This document shows positions 47,034 through 56,164 of a stretch of DNA of 64,000 nucleotides, piece by piece. This DNA comes from Candidatus Altiarchaeota archaeon (GTDB lineage: Archaea > Altiarchaeota > Altiarchaeia > IMC4 > SCGC-AAA252-I15): assembly GCA_043800255.1 (NCBI GenBank), contig JAZDNF010000001.1, positions 1 through 64,000 of the forward strand. The letters run 5' to 3'. Below the pieces are notes generated by a model that was not told the DNA's origin, made no database searches, and worked only from the letters and a program-made list of their open reading frames with translations. Within the stretch, counting starts at the first letter, position 1; each line of letters starts with the position of its first letter. Made by a program: the position numbers and the translations under genes.

Positions 47034-50000
47034 ATGATAATATCAAAGAAGATAGATCACATCGAGTTCGGGCTTTTCAGCTCGAGGATGGTACAGAAGC
47101 TCTCCGCAGCGAGAATCTACACTCCAACGACATACGACGACGATGGGTACCCGATAGAAGGCGGCCTTATGGACCCGCGACTCGGTGTCATAGACCCTGG
47201 GATAAGGTGTAAGACGTGCGGCGGGAGGATTGGCGAGTGTCACGGGCACTTCGGTCACGTCCAGCTTACAAGGCCCGTAATCCACGTCGGATACGCCCGC
47301 GAAGTTTACAACCTATTGAGGGCTACGTGCAGGGCTTGCGGCAGGCTTCTCATAGCAGATGATGCGCTCTCAAAGTATGACACCCAAAAGCTGACCGATG
47401 ACCAGATTGATGCAATATGGACCAAGGCCATGAAGGTCACCGACGCAGCCGGCAAATGCCAGCACTGCGAAGCCAAGCAGATCAAGATAAAGTTCGTCAG
47501 ACCCTACTCCTACTACGAGGACGAGAGCAATCTCCTCGTTACCGACGTCAAAGAGCGGTTCGAGAAGATCAAGGACGAGGATCTGGTTTACTTTGGGCTT
47601 AAGGTCAGGCCCGAGTGGATGGTAATGAGCGTTATACCCGTGCTCCCAATAACCACGAGACCGTCAATCACGTTAGAGTCTGCGGACAGGAGCGAGGACG
47701 ACCTCACTCACAAGCTGGTGGACATACTCAGGATAAACCAGCGTCTTGAGGAGAACATAAACTCCGGCGCGCCGCAACTCATCATAGAAGACCTGTGGGA
47801 CCTTCTGCAGTATCATATAGCGACATATTTTGACAACGGCATAACCGGCATACCTCCGGCAAGGCACAGGTCTGGCAGGCCCCTGAAGACGATTGCACAG
47901 AGGCTTAAGTCCAAGGAGGGACGGTTCAGGAACAACCTCTCAGGGAAGAGGGTTAACTTCTCTGCAAGAACCGTCGTAGGCCCTGACCCGAACATAAGCA
48001 TAAGCGAGGTCGGAATACCCTATCCTGTCGCAATTGAGCTGACAGTTCCTGAAGAGGTTAACGAGCGCAACATCGATGAGCTGAAATCATACATACGAAA
48101 CGGGCCGAGCATGCATCCCGGGGCCCATAATGTCGTTTCAGCTGGCAAGAGGAAGAGAATACTCGACGAGACCAAGGACGCGATAGCTGACACAATCGCA
48201 ATCGGCGACGTTGTTGAACGCCATCTCATAAACAATGACATTGTCCTATTCAACAGGCAGCCTTCGCTTCACAGGATTTCAATGATGGCACACAGGGTTA
48301 GAGTGCTGCCATACAACACCTTCAGGATGAACACTGCGGTTTGCGCTCCATACAACGCAGACTTCGACGGCGATGAGATGAACATCCACGTCCCGCAGTC
48401 CGAGGAGGCCATAGCAGAGGCTGACATCCTGATGAGCGTTCAGGAGAACATAATCTCTCCCCGCACTGGCAAGCCGATAATCGGAGGGCGGCATGACCAC
48501 GTTACTGGAATGTACCTGCTGACCAAGGACGATACGACCATCACGCGGGAGGAGGCGCTTGATATCGCCATAGACATAGTAAAACTTCCCGAAGGCAAGA
48601 AGAAGTTCACAGGCAAGGAGATATTCAGTCTGCTGCTTCCAGAGGACTTTAGCATAGAGTTCAACGGCAAGTTCCCGGGGAACAAGGTTGTGGTAGAGAA
48701 GGGCAAGCTCAAGAGCGGGATAATAGACGTTGAGGGGCTGGAAGGAGACCTCCTGAAAGAGATCTTCATAAGATACGGTTCAGAAAGGGCCAAGCAGTTC
48801 ATAGACGACTCTACAAGGCTTTCCATAAGGTCATTCATGAAGTACGGGTTCAGCGTAGGCATAGACGAAGGCGACCTGCCTCCAAGAGGAATCAAGGATA
48901 TAGAGGACCTCATAAAAGGGACGGAAGGAAATGTAAACGAGCTCATAAAATCCTACAATCAAGACGAACTTAAGATAATCCCCGGCAAGTCTCCCCAGGA
49001 GTCTCTCGAAGACTACATAATGGCGGAATTGGGACGGTGCAGAAGCGAGGCAGGCAAAATTGCCGCAAAATACATAGGCCTCAACAGCGCAGTCATCATG
49101 GCGAACACAGGAGCCAGAGGCAGCATGCTGAACCTCACTCAGATGTCCGGGTCGGTCGGGCAGCAGGCTGTCAGAGGCCAGAGAATAAGCAGAGGATACC
49201 ATTCGAGAACACTATCCAGCTTCAGAAAATCGGACTTCAGCGCCGGCGCGAAGGGGTTCGTGGAGTCAAGCTTCAAGAAGGGTCTGACGCCAACAGAATA
49301 CTTCTTCCACTCTATGGGTGGCAGAGAAGGTCTCGTAGACACTGCCATACGAACCGGAAGATCAGGTTATATGCAGAGAAGGCTCATCAACGCCCTTCAG
49401 GATTTATCTGTCAGAGCTGACGGCAGCGTCAGAGGTGACGGGAACGTCATAGTCCAGTTCAAATACGGCGAGGATGGTATAGACCCGATGAGGAAAGAGT
49501 TCCTGAAAGTCAAGGGAGCAAAGCAGAAGGCCACAGTCGACAGCGGCGAGGTGGTCGGAACAGTCGCCGCCCAGAGCATCGGAGAGCCTGGAACGCAGAT
49601 GACGCTGAGGACATTCCACTATGCAGGAGTTGTTGAGCTTTCCGTGCCATTGGGTCTTCCGAGGCTTATCGAGATAATAGACGCAAAACGTTCACCTAAG
49701 AACTCGATAATGAAGATTTACCTCGACGAGGAGCACAGGATAACCAAGAAGAAGGCCCACGAGGTAGCCTCCCAGCTGATGGAGAGATTCCTGAGCGACA
49801 TCGCGACCATCGACATAGACCTGGACAAGAAGGAGCTTATCATAAAGACTGACGACCCGCAGGTGAAGGAGACTGTGACCAAGCTGACTGAGATTGAACC
49901 CCAGAGGAACGTCTTCAGGATACCTGCAACGTCCATCGCAGACCTCCAGAAGCTGAAAACCAAGCTGAGCAGGAAGAGGGTCGCGGGCATTCCTGACATC

Positions 50001-50495
50001 AGGAGAGTCTTCATCAGAAGTCACGGCGACGAATATCTGATATACGCCGAGGGCTCGAACCTGAAAGACGTCCTAGAGATAAAAGGCGTTGACACGAAGA
50101 GGACGAGAACCAATGACATACTGCAGATATACGAGACACTCGGGATTGAAGCCGCGAGGAATTCCATAATAAACGAGGCGAAGGACGTCTTGGACGACCA
50201 GAACCTCGACGTGGACATAAGGCATATCATGCTCGTGGCCGACACGATGACTTCGACAGGGATGGTGCAGGCCGTAGGCCGGCAGGGGATAAGCGGCAGC
50301 AAGGGCTCAGTACTTGCGAGGGCCGCGTTCGAGGAGACCGAGAAGCACATACTGAATGCTGCATTGCATGCTGAGATAGACCCGCTGGCAGGCGTTGCGG
50401 AGAACATCATCGTAGGCCAGCCGATACCTGTCGGAACCGGCACTGTAAAGATCTCAGTCAAACCCGATATCCTAAAGAGCCTGAGGAAGAAGTAG
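47034..50495 (+). CDS. rpoA: RNA polymerase largest subunit, fused A'+A'' (Rpo1)
   Basis: NADFDGDEMN and AAQSIGEPGTQMT in one ORF; no stop at the junction. Confidence 0.95.
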   Translation: MIISKKIDHIEFGLFSSRMVQKLSAARIYTPTTYDDDGYPIEGGLMDPRLGVIDPGIRCKTCGGRIGECHGHFGHVQLTRPVIHVGYAREVYNLLRATCRACGRLLIADDALSKYDTQKLTDDQIDAIWTKAMKVTDAAGKCQHCEAKQIKIKFVRPYSYYEDESNLLVTDVKERFEKIKDEDLVYFGLKVRPEWMVMSVIPVLPITTRPSITLESADRSEDDLTHKLVDILRINQRLEENINSGAPQLIIEDLWDLLQYHIATYFDNGITGIPPARHRSGRPLKTIAQRLKSKEGRFRNNLSGKRVNFSARTVVGPDPNISISEVGIPYPVAIELTVPEEVNERNIDELKSYIRNGPSMHPGAHNVVSAGKRKRILDETKDAIADTIAIGDVVERHLINNDIVLFNRQPSLHRISMMAHRVRVLPYNTFRMNTAVCAPYNADFDGDEMNIHVPQSEEAIAEADILMSVQENIISPRTGKPIIGGRHDHVTGMYLLTKDDTTITREEALDIAIDIVKLPEGKKKFTGKEIFSLLLPEDFSIEFNGKFPGNKVVVEKGKLKSGIIDVEGLEGDLLKEIFIRYGSERAKQFIDDSTRLSIRSFMKYGFSVGIDEGDLPPRGIKDIEDLIKGTEGNVNELIKSYNQDELKIIPGKSPQESLEDYIMAELGRCRSEAGKIAAKYIGLNSAVIMANTGARGSMLNLTQMSGSVGQQAVRGQRISRGYHSRTLSSFRKSDFSAGAKGFVESSFKKGLTPTEYFFHSMGGREGLVDTAIRTGRSGYMQRRLINALQDLSVRADGSVRGDGNVIVQFKYGEDGIDPMRKEFLKVKGAKQKATVDSGEVVGTVAAQSIGEPGTQMTLRTFHYAGVVELSVPLGLPRLIEIIDAKRSPKNSIMKIYLDEEHRITKKKAHEVASQLMERFLSDIATIDIDLDKKELIIKTDDPQVKETVTKLTEIEPQRNVFRIPATSIADLQKLKTKLSRKRVAGIPDIRRVFIRSHGDEYLIYAEGSNLKDVLEIKGVDTKRTRTNDILQIYETLGIEAARNSIINEAKDVLDDQNLDVDIRHIMLVADTMTSTGMVQAVGRQGISGSKGSVLARAAFEETEKHILNAALHAEIDPLAGVAENIIVGQPIPVGTGTVKISVKPDILKSLRKK

Positions 50496-50496
50496 G

Positions 50497-50772
50497 ATGA
50501 AAGACATAAGAGATGAGATATCCAATACTATCAAGACAAGAACGGTTGCGATAGGTTACAATACGACTGTAGAGAGCCTACTCAACGGACAGCCTACAAC
50601 CGTCTTCGCGAGCAGCAGGATACCCCTCAAGATGATGAACGACATTAAATACTACACCAAGGTGCTTGGCATACCCCTCGAGGTTATAGACGTCGACACC
50701 CTTGAGCTGGGTTCCATATGCAACAGGTCTTATCCAGTGTCGGTCCTGGCGGTTTTAGAGGACAAAGGCTAG
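50497..50772 (+). CDS. rpl30e: Ribosomal protein L30e
   Basis: ELGSICNRSYPVSVLAV; canonical position after rpoA. Confidence 0.88.
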   Translation: MKDIRDEISNTIKTRTVAIGYNTTVESLLNGQPTTVFASSRIPLKMMNDIKYYTKVLGIPLEVIDVDTLELGSICNRSYPVSVLAVLEDKG

Positions 50773-50796
50773 AATAATATCAGGTGGTAATAGTTG

Positions 50797-51225
50797 GTGA
50801 AAATCAGGCTTGGGACGGAGGACATCAAATACATGAGACTATTCGAATCACTAACAGGCGCAACGGTCAAGGACTTCGTCAAAGAGGAGGGTGCGGTAGG
50901 ATTCCTCATAAAAAAAGGCGACATGGGTCTGGCCATCGGGAAGGGGGGCGCCAATGTCGAGAAGATGAGGAACCTGGTCGGGAAGAGCATATGGATTGTC
51001 GAATTCGACACGGATGAGAGGAACTTCGTCAGAAACCTGTTCCAACCGGTTAAGATAAAAGACGTCAGATTCAACAACACAAAGAACGAGAAGACGGCAA
51101 TAGTCGAAGTTTCAAACAGCGACAAGAGAAAGGTGATAGGGCACAACGGCTCAAGGATACACATAGCGAGGCAGCTTGCTAAAAGGCATTTCATGATAAA
51201 CAACATCTCGATACAATCAACATAA
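50797..51225 (+). CDS. nusA: Archaeal NusA-like KH protein
   Basis: [19 protein letters not shown]. Confidence 0.92.
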   Translation: MKIRLGTEDIKYMRLFESLTGATVKDFVKEEGAVGFLIKKGDMGLAIGKGGANVEKMRNLVGKSIWIVEFDTDERNFVRNLFQPVKIKDVRFNNTKNEKTAIVEVSNSDKRKVIGHNGSRIHIARQLAKRHFMINNISIQST

Positions 51226-51226
51226 A

Positions 51227-51655
51227 ATGGCTACAGGAGAATTTGCCGCAAAAAAATTGGAAGGCGACCGGCATAAATTTAGGTGGAAGAAGGAGAAGTA
51301 CGCCAGAAGAGTGCTCAGGCTTAAGGAGAAGCACGACCCATTGGAAGGCGCACCGCAGGCGAAGGGCATCGTCCTCGAAAAGGTAGGCCTTGAGGCAAAG
51401 CAGCCGAACAGCGCCATAAGAAAGTGCGTCAGGGTGCAGCTGATAAAGAACGGCAGGCAGGCTACCGCATTCTGCCCCGGAAACAGGGCCGTGACCTTCA
51501 TCGAAGAGCACGATGACGTTCTCATAGAGGGGATCGGCGGGAGAAAGGGCCGCTCAATGGGTGACATACCCGGGGTGAGATACAAGGTTATCAAGGTTAA
51601 CGACGTCTCCTTGGACGAGCTGGTCAGAGGCAGAAAGGAGAAACCACAGAGATAG
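51227..51655 (+). CDS. rps12: Ribosomal protein S12
   Basis: [25 protein letters not shown]. Confidence 0.97.
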   Translation: MATGEFAAKKLEGDRHKFRWKKEKYARRVLRLKEKHDPLEGAPQAKGIVLEKVGLEAKQPNSAIRKCVRVQLIKNGRQATAFCPGNRAVTFIEEHDDVLIEGIGGRKGRSMGDIPGVRYKVIKVNDVSLDELVRGRKEKPQR

Positions 51656-51667
51656 GACCCATTTTTT
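51656..51667 (+). terminator. Oligo-T terminator-like GACCCATTTTTT after rps12
   Basis: Immediately after the stop; an identical 12-mer lies at 60407-60418. Confidence 0.5.
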
Positions 51668-51718
51668 AAGTATGTCTGACCTATATTTAAGCCTACTTTG
51701 TCAAATTCACGAGATAAA

Positions 51719-52108
51719 ATGATGCACGATTTGCTAAACGATGCGATATCCAACATAAGGAACAGCGAGAGGATAGGAGAGGGAGTATGCAATGTGAAGC
51801 CCGCCTCAAAACTGCTGTTGGAGGTTCTCAAGGTGTTCCAGAAGGAGGGATACATCGGCGAGATTGAGGTATCAAACCAGCCTGCCGGAGGAACCATCAG
51901 AGTAACTCTAAAGAAGCAGATCAACGACTGCGGTGTGATAAAACCAAGGTTTGCTGTGAAAAATGACGATTTCACCAAATGGGAGAAACGTTTCCTGCCT
52001 TCCAGAGACTTCGGAGTGTTGGTAATGTCAACTCCCAAAGGGGTCATGGACCACAAAACCGCCAAGGGGAATGGTCTTGGCGGGAGGCTTTTAGCTTACG
52101 TCTACTGA
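51719..52108 (+). CDS. rps8: Ribosomal protein S8
   Basis: DLLNDAISNIRNSE, KPRF, STPKGVMDH, GGRLLAYVY. Confidence 0.96.
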   Translation: MMHDLLNDAISNIRNSERIGEGVCNVKPASKLLLEVLKVFQKEGYIGEIEVSNQPAGGTIRVTLKKQINDCGVIKPRFAVKNDDFTKWEKRFLPSRDFGVLVMSTPKGVMDHKTAKGNGLGGRLLAYVY

Positions 52109-52109
52109 G

Positions 52110-52664
52110 ATGAAAAATAAGAGCGAGAAGAACGTTCTGGAATTCGCACTGAAAGATGGTGTGGACGTCCAGGTTGACTTGAAGAAGGTGACGGTCAAGG
52201 GCAGCAAGGGCGAAATAATCCGAACATTCAAGGCTCCGAAGATAAAAATCGAGAGAAAGGACAATACGATAGTCCTGAAGTCTGCCGTAGGTAGGAGAGA
52301 GCAGAGGGCTAAGATGGGCTCCATACGGGCTCACATAAAAAACATGATGAACGGTGTCTCCGAGGGCGTCACATACAAGATGAAGATCGTTTACTCGCAT
52401 TTTCCAATGACCGTCAAAGTGCAGGGGACTACCCTGCTGATAGACAATTTCCTCGGCGAGAAATTTCCCCGGAAGGTCAAGCTGAGGGACGGCGTCAAGG
52501 TTGACGTCAAAGGCCAGGATGTGACACTGACCGGCATAAACAAGGAGGACGTATCGCAGAGCGCAGCCAGCATAGAGCAGGCGACAGACATCAAGCGGAT
52601 GGACCCCCGAGTGTTCCAGGACGGCATATACATAACAGAGAAAGACGGGACACCGGTGAAATAA
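52110..52664 (+). CDS. rpl6: Ribosomal protein L6
   Basis: YSHFPM, NFLGEK, DPRVFQDGIYI. Confidence 0.96.
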   Translation: MKNKSEKNVLEFALKDGVDVQVDLKKVTVKGSKGEIIRTFKAPKIKIERKDNTIVLKSAVGRREQRAKMGSIRAHIKNMMNGVSEGVTYKMKIVYSHFPMTVKVQGTTLLIDNFLGEKFPRKVKLRDGVKVDVKGQDVTLTGINKEDVSQSAASIEQATDIKRMDPRVFQDGIYITEKDGTPVK

Positions 52665-52665
52665 C

Positions 52666-53370
52666 ATGGCAGATAAGAAGACATCGACGGTCAGGAGGGG
52701 CATGAAACCTGGGCCGAAAAAGGAGGCTGCAAAGAACAAACTAGCGGCTAAGGCTAAAAGACCCTCCAAGAAGCCCGAACCAGAGCGGAAATCAGGGAAG
52801 CCGAAGGCTGAGGAGCGCAAGGCCGAGGAAAAGCAGGCGGAGAAGCCGGCTGCGAAGGATAAGGTCAAAAAGCCCAGGACAGTTCCAGAGCCAGCGGAGA
52901 AGGCCACAGCGGAGACTATCGAGGAAGCCAAAAAGCCAGAAAAGAAGGTCAAGGAGAAGGAGCCGAAGCCCATAGAGAAGATAAAATATCACACGCCCAG
53001 GGAACTCAATGACAGCGAGAAGGCGCTGATGAAAAAAAAACCCAGGTTCCTGCGTCAAGAATACCACAAGCTGCCGAGGTTGGAGGACAAGTGGCGCGCG
53101 CCGAAGGGGATAGACAGCAAGCAGATAGAAGGCAAGAGAGGGAAGGGAAAGCTCCCGAGCATAGGCTACAAGAAGCCTTCAACAGTCTCCGGGCTTGTCA
53201 TGGGATACAGACCGGTGCTTGTGAAAAACACGGCTAACCTGTCCGATGTTTCGTCAGGCGCGGCTGTAATAATATCCAGCTCAGTTGGCAGAAAGAAGCG
53301 GAACGAGATCATAAAAACGGCGAACGAACGTAAAATCATTATCCTAAACCCAAGAAAAGGTGAGCTATGA
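52666..53370 (+). CDS. rpl32e: Ribosomal protein L32e with long Lys/Glu/Ala/Pro-rich N-terminal extension
   Basis: KPRFLRQEY, WRAPKGIDSK, PSIGYK in the C-terminal half. Confidence 0.9.
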   Translation: MADKKTSTVRRGMKPGPKKEAAKNKLAAKAKRPSKKPEPERKSGKPKAEERKAEEKQAEKPAAKDKVKKPRTVPEPAEKATAETIEEAKKPEKKVKEKEPKPIEKIKYHTPRELNDSEKALMKKKPRFLRQEYHKLPRLEDKWRAPKGIDSKQIEGKRGKGKLPSIGYKKPSTVSGLVMGYRPVLVKNTANLSDVSSGAAVIISSSVGRKKRNEIIKTANERKIIILNPRKGEL

Positions 53371-53810
53371 ACCTTTTGACCCAGAAGAGGATAGCGTCTA
53401 AGCTGCTCAAGGCAGGCGTCAGCAGGGTCAGATTGGACCCGGAATCTGCCGAGGAGATAGGGGAGGCGATAACCCGGGAGGACATCAGGATACTGATAGC
53501 GAAAGGCGCGATATCAGCGAAGCCGAAGCAGGGGATAAGCAAAGGACGCGCCCGCGCTAGAAAGCTCCAGAAGAAAAAAGGCAGGCGAAAGGGGCATGGA
53601 AGCAGAAAGGGCACAAAAAAAGCCAGGACTCCGAAGAAGAAGAGATGGATCGGCAAGATACGGGCCATAAGGGACGAGCTTCGCAAGCTGAAGGATGAGA
53701 AGGTCATTAACGAATCCCAGTATAGGAAACTGTACCGGCAATCGAAGGGCAACCTGTTCAACAGCAGAAGGCATCTCAGAGACTACGTAGAGAGGTTGAA
53801 AAGTGGCTAA
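53367..53810 (+). CDS. rpl19e: Ribosomal protein L19e
   Basis: QKRIAS, TREDIR, GHGSRKG, YRKLYRQSKG. Confidence 0.96.
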   Translation: MNLLTQKRIASKLLKAGVSRVRLDPESAEEIGEAITREDIRILIAKGAISAKPKQGISKGRARARKLQKKKGRRKGHGSRKGTKKARTPKKKRWIGKIRAIRDELRKLKDEKVINESQYRKLYRQSKGNLFNSRRHLRDYVERLKSG

Positions 53811-54309
53811 AGGCGTTTCCTATATCACAAAGTACCGGAGGCGGAGACAGAAGAAGACGAACTACGCAAGGAGGCTTGATCTCCTGAAGAGCGGTGTTCC
53901 GCGCCTCGTTGTCAGGATATCAAACGCCAGCACCAGAGTCCAGGTTGTCGAGTACAGCGAAAATGGCGACCTTATCCTGGCGTCGGCAATCTCAAGCGAC
54001 TTAAAGAAGATGGGATGGGCTAACTCGACATCGAACATACCGAGTGCCTACCTTACTGGGATGCTATGCGCGAGCAGGGCTCTCAGCAAGAACATCAAGG
54101 CAGCTGTTCTTGACATGGGACAGAATCCGATTGTCAAGGGGTCGAGAGTTTTCGCAGCGGTTAAGGGTGCATTGGAGGCTGGCGTCCAAGTGCCAGTTGA
54201 CAAGGAGATGCTGCCTTCTGAAGAGAGACTAATCGGAGCGCATATTAAGGCGAAGGACATAAAATCTGACCTGGAGAAGCTAAAATCTAGCATACTCAAA
54301 AATGGCTGA
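53803..54309 (+). CDS. rpl18: Ribosomal protein L18
   Basis: RRRQKKTNY, PRLVVRISN, NIPSAYLTG. Confidence 0.95.
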   Translation: MAKGVSYITKYRRRRQKKTNYARRLDLLKSGVPRLVVRISNASTRVQVVEYSENGDLILASAISSDLKKMGWANSTSNIPSAYLTGMLCASRALSKNIKAAVLDMGQNPIVKGSRVFAAVKGALEAGVQVPVDKEMLPSEERLIGAHIKAKDIKSDLEKLKSSILKNG

Positions 54310-55186
54310 AAAAAAGGAAAACAAAGAAGAGGAGAAGAAACCGAAGCCCAAGCAGGATAAGCTATCAGTAGATGAGAAGAAGATAGAAGTTGGTGAAGCT
54401 GATCCTGATACGGAAGAGGAGATAGAGGGCATTGTAGCGGAGACTGTCGAGGAAAAGAAGGATATTGTTAAAAAGAAGATAGGGGTGGAGGCAGAGGAGC
54501 TTGAGGGAGCGCCTTATGACCTCAGCATGTGGGTTCCGAGAACGAAATTGGGCCTGATGGTGAAGAACGAAGAGCTTACGTCGATGATAGAGGTAATCCA
54601 CAGCGGGCTTCCGGTAAAAGAGTTCGAGATCGTTGACAAATTAATCCCCAATCTGGAGGAGGACATAATAAACGTTGGCAGGGTCCAGAGGGTCACTGAC
54701 TCGGGCAGGAGGATGAGGTTCAGGGTTGTGACCGCGGTCGGCAACCAGGACGGTTTCATCGGCATAGGCCATGCAAAAGGAAAGGAAGCCGGGCCAACAA
54801 TAAGGAAAGCCATCGCAAGGGCTAAGATGAACATAAGGAACGTGAAAAGGGGATGCGGAAGCTGGCAGTGCGGATGCGGCAATCCTCACACTGTTCCATT
54901 CAAGATCCGTGGCATATCCGGCAGCGTCAAGGTCGACCTACTCCCAGCTCCGCGCGGCGTTGGCCTTGTCGGGGGCGAAATCGCAAAAAAGGTGCTGAAA
55001 CTCGCCGGAATAAAAGATGCGTGGGTTCACACTTCAGGCCATACACGGACTAGTCTGAACTTCGCATATGCTGTTTATGACGCACTCGTGAATACAAACT
55101 ACGTAAAGCTAAAGCAGTCTGACATTGACAATCTGAAGATAGTGTCTGATGTAACGAAGATTCCAGTTGAAGATGGACAGGAGTAA
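54302..55186 (+). CDS. rps5: Ribosomal protein S5 with acidic N-terminal extension
   Basis: WVPRTKLG, QRVTDSGRR, GCGSWQCGC, PAPRGVGL. Confidence 0.96.
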   Translation: MAEKKENKEEEKKPKPKQDKLSVDEKKIEVGEADPDTEEEIEGIVAETVEEKKDIVKKKIGVEAEELEGAPYDLSMWVPRTKLGLMVKNEELTSMIEVIHSGLPVKEFEIVDKLIPNLEEDIINVGRVQRVTDSGRRMRFRVVTAVGNQDGFIGIGHAKGKEAGPTIRKAIARAKMNIRNVKRGCGSWQCGCGNPHTVPFKIRGISGSVKVDLLPAPRGVGLVGGEIAKKVLKLAGIKDAWVHTSGHTRTSLNFAYAVYDALVNTNYVKLKQSDIDNLKIVSDVTKIPVEDGQE

Positions 55187-55655
55187 GAGACTGGCTGTTG
55201 TCAGAATAAGGGGGAAGGTGCACGTCCGCTCTGACATAGCGGACACCCTGAAGCTCGTCGGCCTCAACAAGATAAATCACTGCGTAGTGCTGGACGACCG
55301 GCCGGCTTACCGGGGCATGATAAGCAAGATAAACGACTATGTGGCTTGGGGCGAGCTGAATGAGAAAACATTCGAGGACCTTCTCATCAAGAGGGGCAGG
55401 GTGGTCGGGAACAGGCCATTCACCGAAGAGTACATCAAGAAGAACTCAAAGAGCAAGGACCTTAAATCGTTTGTCAAGGATTTTCTGAACTTCAAATTCG
55501 AGCTGTCTGAAGTGGCTGGACTGAAGCCGGTATTCCGCCTTAAGCCCCCGAACAAGGGTTTCGAGCGTGCCGGCATAAAGCGGCCATATTCCAGGGGAGG
55601 CGTGCTCGGCAACAGGGGCGACAAGATAAACCAGCTCATTGAGAGGATGATCTGA
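55173..55655 (+). CDS. rpl30: Ribosomal protein L30 (archaeal long form)
   Basis: AVVRIRG, VAWGE, FRLKPP, GNRGDKINQLIERM. Confidence 0.95.
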   Translation: MDRSKRLAVVRIRGKVHVRSDIADTLKLVGLNKINHCVVLDDRPAYRGMISKINDYVAWGELNEKTFEDLLIKRGRVVGNRPFTEEYIKKNSKSKDLKSFVKDFLNFKFELSEVAGLKPVFRLKPPNKGFERAGIKRPYSRGGVLGNRGDKINQLIERMI

Positions 55656-56164
55656 TGGCTCACGGAGACAGGAAAACCCAGAAGATGAGGGGTTCGAGAA
55701 CCCACGGCTACGGGAACACCCAAAAGCACAGGGGAGCTGGCAGCCGAGGCGGGAGGGGAATGGCCGGAAGCAAAAAGCAGAGATGGATGAAGGTTTCTAA
55801 GGAGATGCCCGGGTATTTCGGAGGGAAGGGCTTCAAGAGGCCTCAGTCAACGTCAACTAAGAACAAGATCATAAATGTCGGGTTGCTGGATGAGAAGGCA
55901 GAGAATTTCGTGAAAGAATCCCAGGCAGATAAGAAGGGCGACACGTATGCCATAGATCTGACTAAACTAGGATTCGACCGCCTGCTGGGGTCGGGGATCG
56001 TGACCCGCAAGTGGAAAATAACTGTTGGAGTTTGCACTCAATCCGCAAGAGAGAAGATCGAGGCTGTTGGAGGGTCTGTTGAGGAGACAAAGCCGAGGCA
56101 GGCCTCTAAGGAGGATGTGAATGAATCTGGAGTTCCTGAGACCGACGCTAAAGTACCTGCCTGA
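55655..56164 (+). CDS. rpl15: Ribosomal protein L15
   Basis: RGSRTHGYG, HRGAGSRGGRG, LLGSG. Confidence 0.95.
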   Translation: MAHGDRKTQKMRGSRTHGYGNTQKHRGAGSRGGRGMAGSKKQRWMKVSKEMPGYFGGKGFKRPQSTSTKNKIINVGLLDEKAENFVKESQADKKGDTYAIDLTKLGFDRLLGSGIVTRKWKITVGVCTQSAREKIEAVGGSVEETKPRQASKEDVNESGVPETDAKVPA

